Shown here: one piece after another, positions 28,566 to 38,774 of the stretch
How the letters are laid out: every line of letters starts with the position of its first letter
How positions within the stretch are numbered: the first letter of the stretch is position 1
From: a virus
IMG/VR virus record: IMGVR_UViG_3300045988_154277
DNA length: 64,000 nucleotides
Strand: one strand, 5' to 3'
The notes under the pieces: generated by a model
What the model saw: the letters and a program-made list of their open reading frames with translations, nothing else
Database searches by the model: none
What the model was told of the DNA's origin: nothing
Made by a program: the position numbers and the translations under genes

Positions 28566-28859
28566 TTACAGATGTCTTCTATTGATAATGTAAGTATTAC
28601 GATATTCACGCATCTCTTCGAAAACTTTGAGACGGTCTTCTTTCGATGGAGCGTAAGCGGCTTTATTGGATAGTTCTGTGATCTTCTGGTCACGATACTT
28701 CGAACACCAGATACGATCTTCAACCGTCTTGATGCCAACTTTCACAACAAGTCTCGTGATATCAGCGATGATAAGTGAAATCAATGTTACCAACAACATA
28801 ACACCTGCCATGAGCATGACGGTGTAGTAATATGCCCATTCCAATGTTAGATCAATCAT
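28566..28859 (-). CDS. small membrane protein
   Basis: GGAG SD. Start MIDLTLEWAYYYTVMLMAGVMLLVTLISLII. Confidence 0.4.
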   Translation of the reverse strand: MIDLTLEWAYYYTVMLMAGVMLLVTLISLIIADITRLVVKVGIKTVEDRIWCSKYRDQKITELSNKAAYAPSKEDRLKVFEEMREYRNTYIINRRHL

Positions 28860-29128
28860 CACTTCTCCGTTTGTTTGATGAGTGTTGTATAGTTGCGAGA
28901 AACTTTGATGATCTGGGCACAAGCATTATCAAGGGTTTGTAAACACTCGTTGTGTTTGCCTTGCTCAGCAAGGACTTTTGCTTTGGTGACCAACAGACCG
29001 ATCGCGTTGAACTGTCTGGTAAGTCTGTAGAATTTGAGAACCTTGTTCAGGTCCTTAATCGTAGATCTTGCGATGTAGATCGTCTCAACTGCGAGAACGA
29101 TCAACAGAATACTGTTGAATAGTGTCAT
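28859..29128 (-). CDS. small membrane protein
   Basis: Start MTLFNSILLIVLAVETIYIA. Overlaps its neighbours by start/stop coupling. Confidence 0.4.
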   Translation of the reverse strand: MTLFNSILLIVLAVETIYIARSTIKDLNKVLKFYRLTRQFNAIGLLVTKAKVLAEQGKHNECLQTLDNACAQIIKVSRNYTTLIKQTEK

Positions 29129-29526
29129 GATATCTCCTTCAATAATGTAAGTGGTTGTTCGAACTCACTAAGTGTGAGTCCATCTGGGTTGTAATAGGTA
29201 AACGCTGTCTTGACATTCTCCCTGGCTGCTAAGTAGTGTGTCTTGATATCAAGGATCACTTCTCGTTCCAGCTCAGGTGCGATGTTCCTCTGTTTCAGCT
29301 TAACGTAATTATCCATAAGCTCTAACACAGTAGTGTATTGTATCAGAGCTAATGTGATGTATTCCGAGTATCGCATCACTTGAATGAAACGTTTTCTTAT
29401 CTTGATGAAGAGCCATAAACTCGCGATTACCTCCAATACGAGAAAAGAGCAAAGTATGATAACCAATATATCCATAAGAACCTCCGTATCTAATGTGAGC
29501 CATACAACTATCCATAGGGTAGTCAT
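29125..29526 (-). CDS. small membrane protein (two predicted helices)
   Basis: Hydrophobic segments LWIVVWLTL and ILVIILCSFLVLEVIASLWLFI. Stop/start overlap with the next gene. Confidence 0.4.
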   Translation of the reverse strand: MTTLWIVVWLTLDTEVLMDILVIILCSFLVLEVIASLWLFIKIRKRFIQVMRYSEYITLALIQYTTVLELMDNYVKLKQRNIAPELEREVILDIKTHYLAARENVKTAFTYYNPDGLTLSEFEQPLTLLKEIS

Positions 29527-29549
29527 ACGCTCACATTAGATACTTGATG

Positions 29550-30539
29550 TTATTTGGTGATGTTGAATCGTGAAGCACTCACCAAAGTGATCAGGTTCTT
29601 GAAGAATACGGTGAAGCGTGCATCCTCACCATACTCGAGAACACCAATCCTCTTCAGATCCTCTTTGCATTCCGGAGTATTGAGAACATCCGGAAGGGCG
29701 ACATCGTCTATGTCGTCAATAAGATGCGCGAGCAGATCGTTCAGGATCTCATTGTACCGACGCTCCGATGTTCCATAGATACCGAACTGGTTCGTAATAG
29801 CTGCGATGAAATGGTCCATCAACATACGACCGATCTCCGGTGTGAATTCGCAATTGGATGATACAGACGGGACACACACTTTGACCGATGATGCTTGGTC
29901 CACTTGTTTGGTCACGATGTTCCGTTCTATTTTGAAGATCTCAGAGAACTCTTCGAGTCTGGGATCCGTATGATCTGAACTCACACGGAGCAAATATCTC
30001 AGGAAGAAGAACGGGATCTCTCCCAGTCTTCCGATGAACTGAGCGGACTCCTCACCGTGGTTGTCCGTGATGTGATCGAGTATCGCCACGAGCTGCCAGT
30101 AGCGGATTTCATGTTTGTTAAACGGAACAACGAGTTCCTTCCGCTGAAGTTGACCCATCGGGTCATACAGCTCAACCACGATCCTGTTTTCGGATCTCTT
30201 CACGGAGAAAAAGTACCGCGTGAACCGTCTTTTCAGTTCCGTCAGTTCCTGGATCAACATCCACTCGTATTCACGAGCCATGTAGTCCGTCACTGACGAC
30301 GCTGTCAATATAGAACTGACGATGCGTCCCGTAATCAGACCGGCTTCATGGGCGAACGCCTCCGGGTTCTGATCAACCATGTAGTTCCGTTGCGGTACTC
30401 CGATATTCGGAACCGCAGCCTGCGGGATGATCTGCGCGAAATTAGTGTTGACAAAGTCAGGCGACTGTCCATACATGTTGTTTTGCATCTTTTGTTCTCC
30501 TATGCTTGATGCGTTAAGGGATGGGTGATATGGTATCAC
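29550..30539 (-). CDS. hypothetical protein
   Basis: Shares a domain with 31077..32417: RYFFSVKRSENRIVVELYDPMGQL vs RFYFQVWYDQSTHTIRVELHDPFDMI. Confidence 0.4.
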   Translation of the reverse strand: MIPYHPSLNASSIGEQKMQNNMYGQSPDFVNTNFAQIIPQAAVPNIGVPQRNYMVDQNPEAFAHEAGLITGRIVSSILTASSVTDYMAREYEWMLIQELTELKRRFTRYFFSVKRSENRIVVELYDPMGQLQRKELVVPFNKHEIRYWQLVAILDHITDNHGEESAQFIGRLGEIPFFFLRYLLRVSSDHTDPRLEEFSEIFKIERNIVTKQVDQASSVKVCVPSVSSNCEFTPEIGRMLMDHFIAAITNQFGIYGTSERRYNEILNDLLAHLIDDIDDVALPDVLNTPECKEDLKRIGVLEYGEDARFTVFFKNLITLVSASRFNITK

Positions 30540-30553
30540 CCATCCCGATTGTT

Positions 30554-31087
30554 TTACTTGAACCAGAGTTTGGTCTCACTCTTAGTCAGCTTGAAGTCAT
30601 ACTGTTCAGCGATCTTCATCCACGTACGGATCATCTCTTTCGGGATGATCCCCGAAGAGTAATCGAGCAACTTAATGTAATCTTTCTCGACGTACATGAT
30701 CCGGTTGTTGGGATACTTGTCGTGATCCGTATGAGTTGTGATCAGATATCTTCTCTTCGCATACTGGAAGAAGAACTTGTGAACTCCTCTTACCAGATGG
30801 GAGGTATATCCCTGATCGCGTTTGGTCACCATCTCATAACCTCTTCCGAGGAAGAGGAAGAGCTGGTATGCATGTTTGATGTAGTCTTTCTTCTTGGTAG
30901 GGAGTTTGTTGAACTCCAAGTCCAACTCACTTTCTTCCAGCTGGAAGAACTCCATCAGGAACTGATCGGATGTCTTCTCTTTCAGAAGACCCAGTGTTCC
31001 AACCGTCTGTGTGATGATCTGACAAAGGCAGACCATCGCTGATTCGTTGAATTTGCTTACTGCTTTAAAGTCGTAGTCAATTTGCAT
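30554..31087 (-). CDS. hypothetical protein
   Basis: 177-aa ORF in the same operon-like array. Confidence 0.35.
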   Translation of the reverse strand: MQIDYDFKAVSKFNESAMVCLCQIITQTVGTLGLLKEKTSDQFLMEFFQLEESELDLEFNKLPTKKKDYIKHAYQLFLFLGRGYEMVTKRDQGYTSHLVRGVHKFFFQYAKRRYLITTHTDHDKYPNNRIMYVEKDYIKLLDYSSGIIPKEMIRTWMKIAEQYDFKLTKSETKLWFK

Positions 31088-32417
31088 TATTAGCCTCCAT
31101 TTCTTTTCTGATTTCAGATTTCACAAACATTCCAAGATCGGTGTAGATAAACGTGTCTTGCTTACATACACAACAACCATTGTCCGGATCCGCCTGGATC
31201 ACTCCAGAATACAACAAACGTCGATATTCACGTTTATGTGTATCGTACTTATAATACGGGAATACAGCTTTCTTGGTGGTATCTTTCAGTGTATTATAGA
31301 ACTCGAGTTTCCACTCCTCATCTGCATCACCGAGTATGTTGTCGAACCATGCAAGCCATGAAAACTGCAACGGTTCCAGAGATGCACCCACCTCTTCTCC
31401 TTTCTGAGTCAGACGATACTTGACAGTGGTAGTTGACCCGGACTTCTGAATCAACCCTTGGTTGTACATTGTTGCGAGTAGAGTCTTATGCTGAATCTGT
31501 GTGATATTGATGTCCAGAAATCCTCTGATACAAAGACTAGAAACCTCTTCTACTCCTTTCTGCTTGAGAGCATAAAGTATTCTGAGATTCATCTCACGAC
31601 ACTGCCGTGCGACTACTTTGTTCCCGTTAGACCGAAGATCCTCATTAATCACCGAAACACGTAACTTCTTCACGCGCTCACGAACCGATGGAACATTTTC
31701 TTCCCCATCTTTCGGAACATCCTCGAACGGGTCATCTTCCTTCGGTGGTTCCTGAGGCTTCGGAGGCTTAACAGGAACAGGTACATCTCTCGTCCTAACC
31801 ATGATACCGTGTACTCTCTTGTCCTCCGGGATCATATCGAAAGGATCATGAAGTTCAACGCGGATCGTGTGTGTGGACTGATCATACCACACTTGGAAAT
31901 AGAACCGAGCATACAACCCGTTCTTCATCTGGGACAACATCTGCATGATGTGCCAGATCATCTCGTAGATGGCCACAGTACCAAGCACTGTATTGAATTT
32001 AGAAGAGATGTCCATCAAGATCCGTTGTACTTCTTCTAAATACTGCTGTACCAGATTAATCTGCGGTTCAGTATACAACCTGGGCGGTTGCTGCTGATGT
32101 AAGATCGATGTGTTGTAGAAACACTGTTGCGCCTCTTTCTGTTTGGCGAATTTGTACTTCATCTGTTCAACGATCTTATTGACAGATTCTCTGGCAACCT
32201 CTTCAGGAGATTGCGTATTAGGTGTCATGTTGATCTTGGATAAGATCATGTTGGTGATGTCCTGCCCATGAAGCGTCCATTCATTCGTTGCGAAATTAAT
32301 GAACTCATAATCTTCCACAGCTAGGATAGCTGTGCGGACCATCATTTCGACGTTGATGTTGGTTGGAAACATACTGTTACCTCCTTGTTTATTTTGTTTT
32401 GGTTGGGTGTTGTACAT
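31077..32417 (-). CDS. hypothetical protein, paralog of 29550..30539
   Basis: Shared central domain (see 29550..30539). Pro-rich linker PVKPPKPQEPPKEDDP. Confidence 0.4.
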   Translation of the reverse strand: MYNTQPKQNKQGGNSMFPTNINVEMMVRTAILAVEDYEFINFATNEWTLHGQDITNMILSKINMTPNTQSPEEVARESVNKIVEQMKYKFAKQKEAQQCFYNTSILHQQQPPRLYTEPQINLVQQYLEEVQRILMDISSKFNTVLGTVAIYEMIWHIMQMLSQMKNGLYARFYFQVWYDQSTHTIRVELHDPFDMIPEDKRVHGIMVRTRDVPVPVKPPKPQEPPKEDDPFEDVPKDGEENVPSVRERVKKLRVSVINEDLRSNGNKVVARQCREMNLRILYALKQKGVEEVSSLCIRGFLDINITQIQHKTLLATMYNQGLIQKSGSTTTVKYRLTQKGEEVGASLEPLQFSWLAWFDNILGDADEEWKLEFYNTLKDTTKKAVFPYYKYDTHKREYRRLLYSGVIQADPDNGCCVCKQDTFIYTDLGMFVKSEIRKEMEANNAN

Positions 32418-32467
32418 TGTAAGAATAGGGCTAGCTGAGAGATACGAACGATTAGATTGCTGATACT

Positions 32468-32638
32468 TTACGTCTCAACAACTAACCGATCACCTTGACG
32501 AACGACGCGTTTGATCGGAACGCGTCTACCATCCTGTGAACGAAGGGCTAATTTGTCCACAGGAATACGTCCTTTCGCAACATCTCTCAAAATACGAGAT
32601 AATGTGTGACCGGAGACCGTCATAGTCATGCCAGGCAT
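32468..32638 (-). CDS. small protein (56 aa)
   Basis: Not in the ORF track because it is under 60 aa. GGAGGTGAGAACT SD. Product MPGMTMTVSGHTLSRILRDVAKGRIPVDKLALRSQDGRRVPIKRVVRQGDRLVVET. Confidence 0.35.
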   Translation of the reverse strand: MPGMTMTVSGHTLSRILRDVAKGRIPVDKLALRSQDGRRVPIKRVVRQGDRLVVET

Positions 32639-32765
32639 AGTTCTCACCTCCTTCCTAAAGTTGCTGGACGAAGGTTTGTATTGAGGTGTTGTATGGTGAT
32701 TACAACTCGTCCTATTGTAATCACCAGGATGTTATCAGGTGATCTCAGCTAGAACCTATTCTCAA

Positions 32766-32790
32766 CTAGTTATATATGCTTAAAAATACG
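32766..32790 (+). promoter_or_regulatory. AT-rich conserved intergenic motif, copy d
   Basis: CTAGTTATATATGCTTAAAAATACG followed by two hairpins. Confidence 0.35.
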
Positions 32791-32895
32791 TTCAACTACA
32801 CTGGATAGTGCGCACTATCCAGTGTAGTTGCTATGTTTGTTGTCGATATATAAGTGTATACTGGAGTAGATTACCTCTACTCCAGTATACAACAT

Positions 32896-34149
32896 TTACG
32901 CTCTCTTGAAGGTAAGCAAGATGAAGTACAGGATCACAGCTGTACGGATCGATACCTTAGTAGCATCTCTTTTGTACTTCGTGTGTTCGTGGACGAACTT
33001 GTCCATACTGTACTTGATCGTGATGATGTCAGGATCATCAACACGAGAAGACTTAAATGCATTTCGGATCATCTCCAAGATCTGCATATTACTCCTCATG
33101 TCGACTTTCTTCAACACACAATACCGATAACATTTCTGGATGATCTCGGTAACCAAGATCCGAAATCCAACGAAGTATTTCTGACCTTTGATCGTCACAA
33201 CTTTGTCTTCTTCGTGGTGTCGATACTGCAGTGTAGCCATATCAGAAAATGCGATCAAAGCTTCTTCCAACATAGGAGGAGTGATCGTCTTCGTCAAAGC
33301 ACAGACTGACTTGATATCCAGATAACTCAAGAACGAACTGGTGTTCGTTACAACACCACAGACATTGATGATGGTGTTATCCAAAGTAGCACGGAGGGCT
33401 TTTAACTCACGTTCTCCTTCTGCATTCAACTGAGTCGCATCAGAACTCTTGATAATCACACCTTTGGCTACATTCTCATAGTAGTCGTGAGATACATTCG
33501 AGATCTTGGATGCCAACCGAGTGTGTAGGTCAGAGATCACATAGAGTACATTGGAATCAGGAGAGAACGTATGAAGCGTGTGATTGTGGACACTTTTCTC
33601 TGCTAATATCGTCTCACAGTGATCGTAGATGATCGCTCTCCATGTAGGAGTCTCTGGTCTCTTGATGTCGTTCTTCGCCGACAGTCGATCGATCGTCGCT
33701 TGCATGACATCGTGGTTCACTCCTTTGGGGAAGAACGTTTGGACTTTCCCTGTGAAGAACTTGTAGTTCAACAGAGCTAAGATCCAGAACGCACCATCAT
33801 GTTGCATCTGAGGATTCAGGTTGCTCTTCAGATAGCAGTACACCAACCAGATACAGAGGATGTTGAAATCATTCCCTGTAACATGGAACGACTTATTCAC
33901 TGAAACACAATCGTGGATCGCCCTGTTGAAATCAGGGCGATAGATGTTGAAGTTGTCGAACATGAACGCAGCATCCTTCGGTAAGAAGTATGCTCTGGAT
34001 ACAGCTAGCATGGGAGTATTGAACGCCGCAGGGTTCTGATCTCTCAGTTCGTACATCTGAACATATCGGATCAACGATCTCGTCTGAGCGATCGTCGGCT
34101 GGATGTCGAACTTATCCATGAAGAGCTGTTTAAGAGTAAGAGGTTGCAT
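32896..34149 (-). CDS. hypothetical protein downstream of terminase
   Basis: 417-aa ORF whose start abuts the terminase stop. Confidence 0.4.
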   Translation of the reverse strand: MQPLTLKQLFMDKFDIQPTIAQTRSLIRYVQMYELRDQNPAAFNTPMLAVSRAYFLPKDAAFMFDNFNIYRPDFNRAIHDCVSVNKSFHVTGNDFNILCIWLVYCYLKSNLNPQMQHDGAFWILALLNYKFFTGKVQTFFPKGVNHDVMQATIDRLSAKNDIKRPETPTWRAIIYDHCETILAEKSVHNHTLHTFSPDSNVLYVISDLHTRLASKISNVSHDYYENVAKGVIIKSSDATQLNAEGERELKALRATLDNTIINVCGVVTNTSSFLSYLDIKSVCALTKTITPPMLEEALIAFSDMATLQYRHHEEDKVVTIKGQKYFVGFRILVTEIIQKCYRYCVLKKVDMRSNMQILEMIRNAFKSSRVDDPDIITIKYSMDKFVHEHTKYKRDATKVSIRTAVILYFILLTFKRA

Positions 34150-34150
34150 A

Positions 34151-36244
34151 TCAGAAATACTCCTTCAGCTTGCGAAAATCGAATGGTGTGAACTGCTGTG
34201 CTTTCGAAGCTTGTTGTTTCACTTGGTCAGCACTGATCAGGTTATCATCGACCAACTTATCGTCTACCAAAGACTCTAAGTGTCGCAGTTCACGTTCATA
34301 CGATGTCTTCACCATAGCGTTGGAAGTGCCCAAGATCAATCCTTTTAACTCTCCGATCCTCTCACGGATCTTAAGCTGTCTACTCTTCGCTTCTGGATCC
34401 ACATGCTCTCCTTCCAGGTTCACTCCTTTCAGGACTTCTCCTTTGGGGATCCCATACAAGTGGTGGTTCTTACCATAAAGAGCGAAGAAACACGTTAACA
34501 ACCAAGCGATCACCATATCGTCATGGGATCCGATCGGATGGTCAACACGTCCATTCCTCACAGTAAGTGATTTGATTTCACTTGCCAAATCAGCATCAAA
34601 CAACCGGTTTGCCATGTACTGAAGACTGGTGATCAATACACGCCCATAGAGGATATTACGACTATCCTGACTGCTGGTGGTGTTGAACCCGAAGTGCTTA
34701 CGTTTGGTTCCATCTCCGATGTCGATCTGACTGATATCCAAGAACCCATCGCTTCCATCTTGGAAATAGGTATTATAGATCCGATAGAACGGGTTGATCC
34801 TCTTCTTGATCATCATGTCGATCAGAAGATCGATCATGAACGCTCCGTTCTTATTACGTTCTGGGATCAGGATACTGTTCGGTAGCATATCCATCAACTC
34901 TGCGATACACGATGCGACATTTACCAAGTTAGTAACGTTACACTTACACGTTGCTACCACAGAGAGATCCAATGGATCAGAGATCACCAATGTAGTATTA
35001 TCACGTCCTACGTTGTCCGAAGTATCCAACCCGATCAGATAGTTCCTCTTGCGATTTTCATCATTCATCAGGATAGAACGTTTAACATACCAACGCACGA
35101 TCAACCCACCGTGTGTGGTGAACTCCGTAGGTTCGCAGATCGATGCGTTGAGGCGATTCAACAACTCGATAGGAACGATCGACTGTCCAGTACCCAACTG
35201 CCATTCGTTGAGATAGTCGACAGCCACCGTAATAGCATCTTTCCCATCGGACATCTCTTCCAACCACGCATCATCCTCTCCTAACTGTTTATAGGAGTAT
35301 TCGAGATACATCATCGTCTTGCCGCCCATCCCTCTCATCCACTCTCGAACAGCAGCAACGTCTTTAAGGTCATAAACACACTCGTTAAACCGTGCACTGT
35401 TGGACTTCAGATGGAACGCATAAGCGCCTGCTGGGTCGTTGAGCATACCTGCCGTTGTAGTGAGGATGTTCGCAGAGGGGATCCCTCGTTCGAATGCCAT
35501 CTTCCTAGCGGTAGCACACGCACCTGTGGCAGATGGATACGACTTATGGTTGTTCACATAGTACGCCATCTCATCCCACCATTGTGAAGACGTGGTCTCA
35601 CCACGTCCCTGTCTTGCAGCACGACGCATATCCTGCTGAGCAACGAAGGATTTAACAGCATTCTTCAATCTACGATAAGTAACGTCTTCCTGGTTCTTGG
35701 TGTCGTTCTTATAATCGACAAGGTACTCAGGAAGACTGTTACGGATCTCCTTGATACGTTTAATGTTCTCAGAACGAAGACTATCGTCCTTCGCGAAGAT
35801 CCCGATAGTGATGTTCTTAGCAGCTAAGAACTCCTCCCACGACAGGATACACACAACACCGATGGTCTTACCCTTCTGGCGAGGCATGGTTAAGAAGCTA
35901 TCGATGGAGTTCAAGAAACACCAGTTCAGAGCTAAGTTCGCTCTGGAGAACTGATAGTGGATCGGATCACCGCCAGGGGCAGGCACACGAATCACTTCTC
36001 TTAAGTAATACCAAGGGTTGACCTTACACTCATAAGCGATCCTCTGTCTTAGTTCTACAGAAGGATCCTTTAGATCGTAAGGGTCATATTTTTGGAGATC
36101 TGGTTGTGACAAGAACAAGAAGAACTTATTGTTCTTGATCCCCATATCCTTCAGGATACGATACATACGGAAACAAGAAGCATTCGTCGTGTTCGTATCC
36201 AAAATACCACTGTGAGTATTATAATCATCTAAGAATAGTAGCAT
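34151..36244 (-). CDS. terminase large subunit (T4 gp17-type)
   Basis: Walker A variant MPRQKGKT (T4 gp17 has SRQLGKT). Walker B WWDEMAY. Nuclease-domain acidic cluster LGLDTSDNVGRDNTTLVISD. Confidence 0.7.
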   Translation of the reverse strand: MLLFLDDYNTHSGILDTNTTNASCFRMYRILKDMGIKNNKFFLFLSQPDLQKYDPYDLKDPSVELRQRIAYECKVNPWYYLREVIRVPAPGGDPIHYQFSRANLALNWCFLNSIDSFLTMPRQKGKTIGVVCILSWEEFLAAKNITIGIFAKDDSLRSENIKRIKEIRNSLPEYLVDYKNDTKNQEDVTYRRLKNAVKSFVAQQDMRRAARQGRGETTSSQWWDEMAYYVNNHKSYPSATGACATARKMAFERGIPSANILTTTAGMLNDPAGAYAFHLKSNSARFNECVYDLKDVAAVREWMRGMGGKTMMYLEYSYKQLGEDDAWLEEMSDGKDAITVAVDYLNEWQLGTGQSIVPIELLNRLNASICEPTEFTTHGGLIVRWYVKRSILMNDENRKRNYLIGLDTSDNVGRDNTTLVISDPLDLSVVATCKCNVTNLVNVASCIAELMDMLPNSILIPERNKNGAFMIDLLIDMMIKKRINPFYRIYNTYFQDGSDGFLDISQIDIGDGTKRKHFGFNTTSSQDSRNILYGRVLITSLQYMANRLFDADLASEIKSLTVRNGRVDHPIGSHDDMVIAWLLTCFFALYGKNHHLYGIPKGEVLKGVNLEGEHVDPEAKSRQLKIRERIGELKGLILGTSNAMVKTSYERELRHLESLVDDKLVDDNLISADQVKQQASKAQQFTPFDFRKLKEYF

Positions 36245-36303
36245 AGCAACTCCTTTGTGAATCTATCAAAAAGCATACCATGCTCCAATCTACAAAAGAA
36301 ATA

Positions 36304-36339
36304 GTATCTAGAGGATAGTATCGACTATCCTCTAGATAC
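36304..36339. terminator. hairpin terminator
   Basis: GTATCTAGAGGATAGTATCGACTATCCTCTAGATAC. Confidence 0.45.
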
Positions 36340-36340
36340 A

Positions 36341-36934
36341 TCAATCTACTTTGAACGGTATGATATCACTCATATCCAATCCAGAAGCATTCGATCGCAG
36401 TTCTATCTTCACAGCGAATCCTTCTGACTTGCTAGGACTGAGTGTCATACGGACGAAGATATTGATCATCGTACCAGTGTTGTTGATCGGCTCCATCGAT
36501 ACGAAACATTTATGTCTATGTGTGGTATTCCACTCATTCATCGAGTCGTTGAAATAAACTCTCAATTCCTCGATACCGAACTGACCTCTATGCTTGAGTG
36601 ATTCGATCCTGTCTTTGTAGAACACCAATAGAGAACAGAGTTCTTCATCGATTACAGCATCAGGATGTTCTCGATTGTGTAAGATTGCGACACACTTATC
36701 CTGGAGATCTTTGATCTTGATCCTTGGGTCTCCGTAGTACACCTGTTCAAATACGATCTGTTGTAACTCAGCAACGCATTCAGAACACAGTAACTCTTCG
36801 TATAGACCAACTTGTTTCAAGGTGAGCTCTCTTGCAAAATACTGATTAAGGATGTCGATCATCTCTAATGTTCTGTTACAACAGCAACATCTGTGAGGCA
36901 CACCCTCTTCGAAATCATCTTCCTCTTCCATCAC
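36341..36934 (-). CDS. Cys-rich zinc-finger protein
   Basis: HRCCCCNR...CSEC near the N-terminus. Confidence 0.35.
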   Translation of the reverse strand: MMEEEDDFEEGVPHRCCCCNRTLEMIDILNQYFARELTLKQVGLYEELLCSECVAELQQIVFEQVYYGDPRIKIKDLQDKCVAILHNREHPDAVIDEELCSLLVFYKDRIESLKHRGQFGIEELRVYFNDSMNEWNTTHRHKCFVSMEPINNTGTMINIFVRMTLSPSKSEGFAVKIELRSNASGLDMSDIIPFKVD

Positions 36935-37185
36935 GATGTCCTTATCTTGAAGGTATACGGACCTTGCTTTGCCAACACACTGTCACCCGGTACGGTGATG
37001 ATCACTGTAGTATATGGCTCAAAATGGTGTAGCTCTACGCTTGCGTTTTGCGTCACAGGCAACACATCTTTCACGCACTCTGATACGATCTGTAAGATCT
37101 CATTGATGCTACAGATTGCATGATGTTTTTCTTGATAGTTGATGTAGTCTGTGATCCGATCCTTCAATGGGTTATGGGTATCCAT
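36931..37185 (-). CDS. hypothetical protein
   Basis: GGAG SD. Overlap coupling with the downstream gene. Confidence 0.35.
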   Translation of the reverse strand: MDTHNPLKDRITDYINYQEKHHAICSINEILQIVSECVKDVLPVTQNASVELHHFEPYTTVIITVPGDSVLAKQGPYTFKIRTS

Positions 37186-37244
37186 GTTGTTGACTCCTCA
37201 GTAAAAAAGAAGGTGATACTTCATGTATCACCTTCATAAATTGA

Positions 37245-37793
37245 TCACCGACGTTTGTCGGAGACTTTGCGGCGAGGAGCCTCTTTCGCACCTCTGTGTT
37301 CTTTGATCCGAACGTTGTGTTCCTTGTCGTCCTCTTTGGACTGACGAGGCTTGTGCGCCTGTTTGGGCTTACTGTCGTGTTTCTTGACCGTTTCCCAATC
37401 ATCGTCCGATTCGTGTTCTTTGATGATATTCATGGTCTTTTCCACAAACGCATCGGACACCACATAGTTGAGATCGATCAGCTTCGTCTCTTTCATGATG
37501 GTGAGCTTCTTGCTGGATAGAGGAAGTTCATTGATGGTTGCACGGAGTACTTTGACCTGATCTTGCAAGAAGTCTTTCAGCTTGTCCTTGACGGGATGTT
37601 TCCTCCCAACGACCTCTTTGTAGTCCCTCAGGATGATCTGAAGAACCCACTTCTCCTGTCCAAGAAGTTTATCGTTCATAGCGGTCTGCACCTCTTCGTG
37701 CTTATTGCAAGCACGACCTTCACCGTACCGTTTGCTGGTACGGCGAGTGCACGATTCACCACAGATTACACAGGTAAACGTCTGAAATCCCAT
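37245..37793 (-). CDS. zinc-ribbon protein with basic C-terminus
   Basis: AAGGAG SD before MGFQTFTCVICGESC. An earlier in-frame ATG at 37847 is the alternative start. Confidence 0.4.
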   Translation of the reverse strand: MGFQTFTCVICGESCTRRTSKRYGEGRACNKHEEVQTAMNDKLLGQEKWVLQIILRDYKEVVGRKHPVKDKLKDFLQDQVKVLRATINELPLSSKKLTIMKETKLIDLNYVVSDAFVEKTMNIIKEHESDDDWETVKKHDSKPKQAHKPRQSKEDDKEHNVRIKEHRGAKEAPRRKVSDKRR

Positions 37794-37852
37794 TTGTTTT
37801 CTCCTTAAGTTAAGATGGGTGTTGTTACGTGTATAGGGTATACACATTGTAA

Positions 37853-37877
37853 CAAGTTATATATACTTGAAAATAGG
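37853..37877 (+). promoter_or_regulatory. AT-rich conserved intergenic motif, copy e
   Basis: CAAGTTATATATACTTGAAAATAGG followed by a hairpin. About 60 nt from the start of minus-strand gene 37245..37793. Confidence 0.35.
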
Positions 37878-37918
37878 TCGACCTACAGGGTGATATCACC
37901 CTGTAGGTCTTATAACGA

Positions 37919-38746
37919 TTACTGAGAGATCTTCTTGAATCCAATCGTGAATGCGATGTCATCCGTGGCTTTGCCGAGGATCTTACCAAGTTCATACACC
38001 TGGTTGTAAAGTACGATACGATCTCCGACCTTAACGGTCTTCATCGTAAGTACGATATCTTCCAGAGCCATACGGATACAACGATAAATCATCCAGCCTT
38101 TCAGGACTTCTGTGATCGGTACTTCATAATCATCAGAACCCACAGAAGGAGCGATATTCACACTCTTGCTGAGGAACCGGATCCAGTCGATATTGACGAA
38201 CCAGTTCATCATCGTCCCATACGGCGTACGATCGAAGAGACGATAATTCGGCACAAGATCCAGTCCTTCGAACAGATCATCGTACGAAGAGAACTCCATC
38301 TCTGGGAATGCTTTGATATCGGTGTAGATGATACCGAAGTTGATATCACCAACGGATACCTTCATGTGAAGTTTGTTCGCTGGATAGATAACTTTCCAAG
38401 GTTCCTCTGCTCTGATAAACACTTCTCTGAGGATATTGAGAACGATATCTCTGCAGATCTTGGGGATCAGATACTGCTGAGGTTCTTGCCAAACCTTGAG
38501 TGTGTTCTCCAACAGATAACGTTTCGAGATCGATTGAAGTGTGGTGTCCTCAAGATAGTACACGTTGTTGGTTACACCTTCCAAAATCTGTTCTCTCACT
38601 TGGAGTTCTGCCAAGATCATAGAACGGATGTCTGCGTAGTTCTTGTTGATGAACTCCTTCAGTTCCTGGTAAGCTGCAACTACTTCATCCGATACAGTGT
38701 CGCAAGTGCAGGTGGTGCACGGTGTCGTGCAAGTACAAGTTGTCAT
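37919..38746 (-). CDS. hypothetical protein with Cys/Thr-rich N-terminus
   Basis: MTTCTCTTPCTTCTCDT at the N-terminus. Confidence 0.4.
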   Translation of the reverse strand: MTTCTCTTPCTTCTCDTVSDEVVAAYQELKEFINKNYADIRSMILAELQVREQILEGVTNNVYYLEDTTLQSISKRYLLENTLKVWQEPQQYLIPKICRDIVLNILREVFIRAEEPWKVIYPANKLHMKVSVGDINFGIIYTDIKAFPEMEFSSYDDLFEGLDLVPNYRLFDRTPYGTMMNWFVNIDWIRFLSKSVNIAPSVGSDDYEVPITEVLKGWMIYRCIRMALEDIVLTMKTVKVGDRIVLYNQVYELGKILGKATDDIAFTIGFKKISQ

Positions 38747-38774
38747 AGGTTGTCTCCTTAAGTGAATGTGTATA

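Noticed and set aside
22684-37847. Idea that the AT-rich motif is a -10 element giving leaderless mRNAs (ATG 3-10 nt after TATATATAAC in copies b and e)
   Set aside because: This holds for only two of eight copies. The other copies are 48-230 nt from the start codon, which is preceded by an SD.
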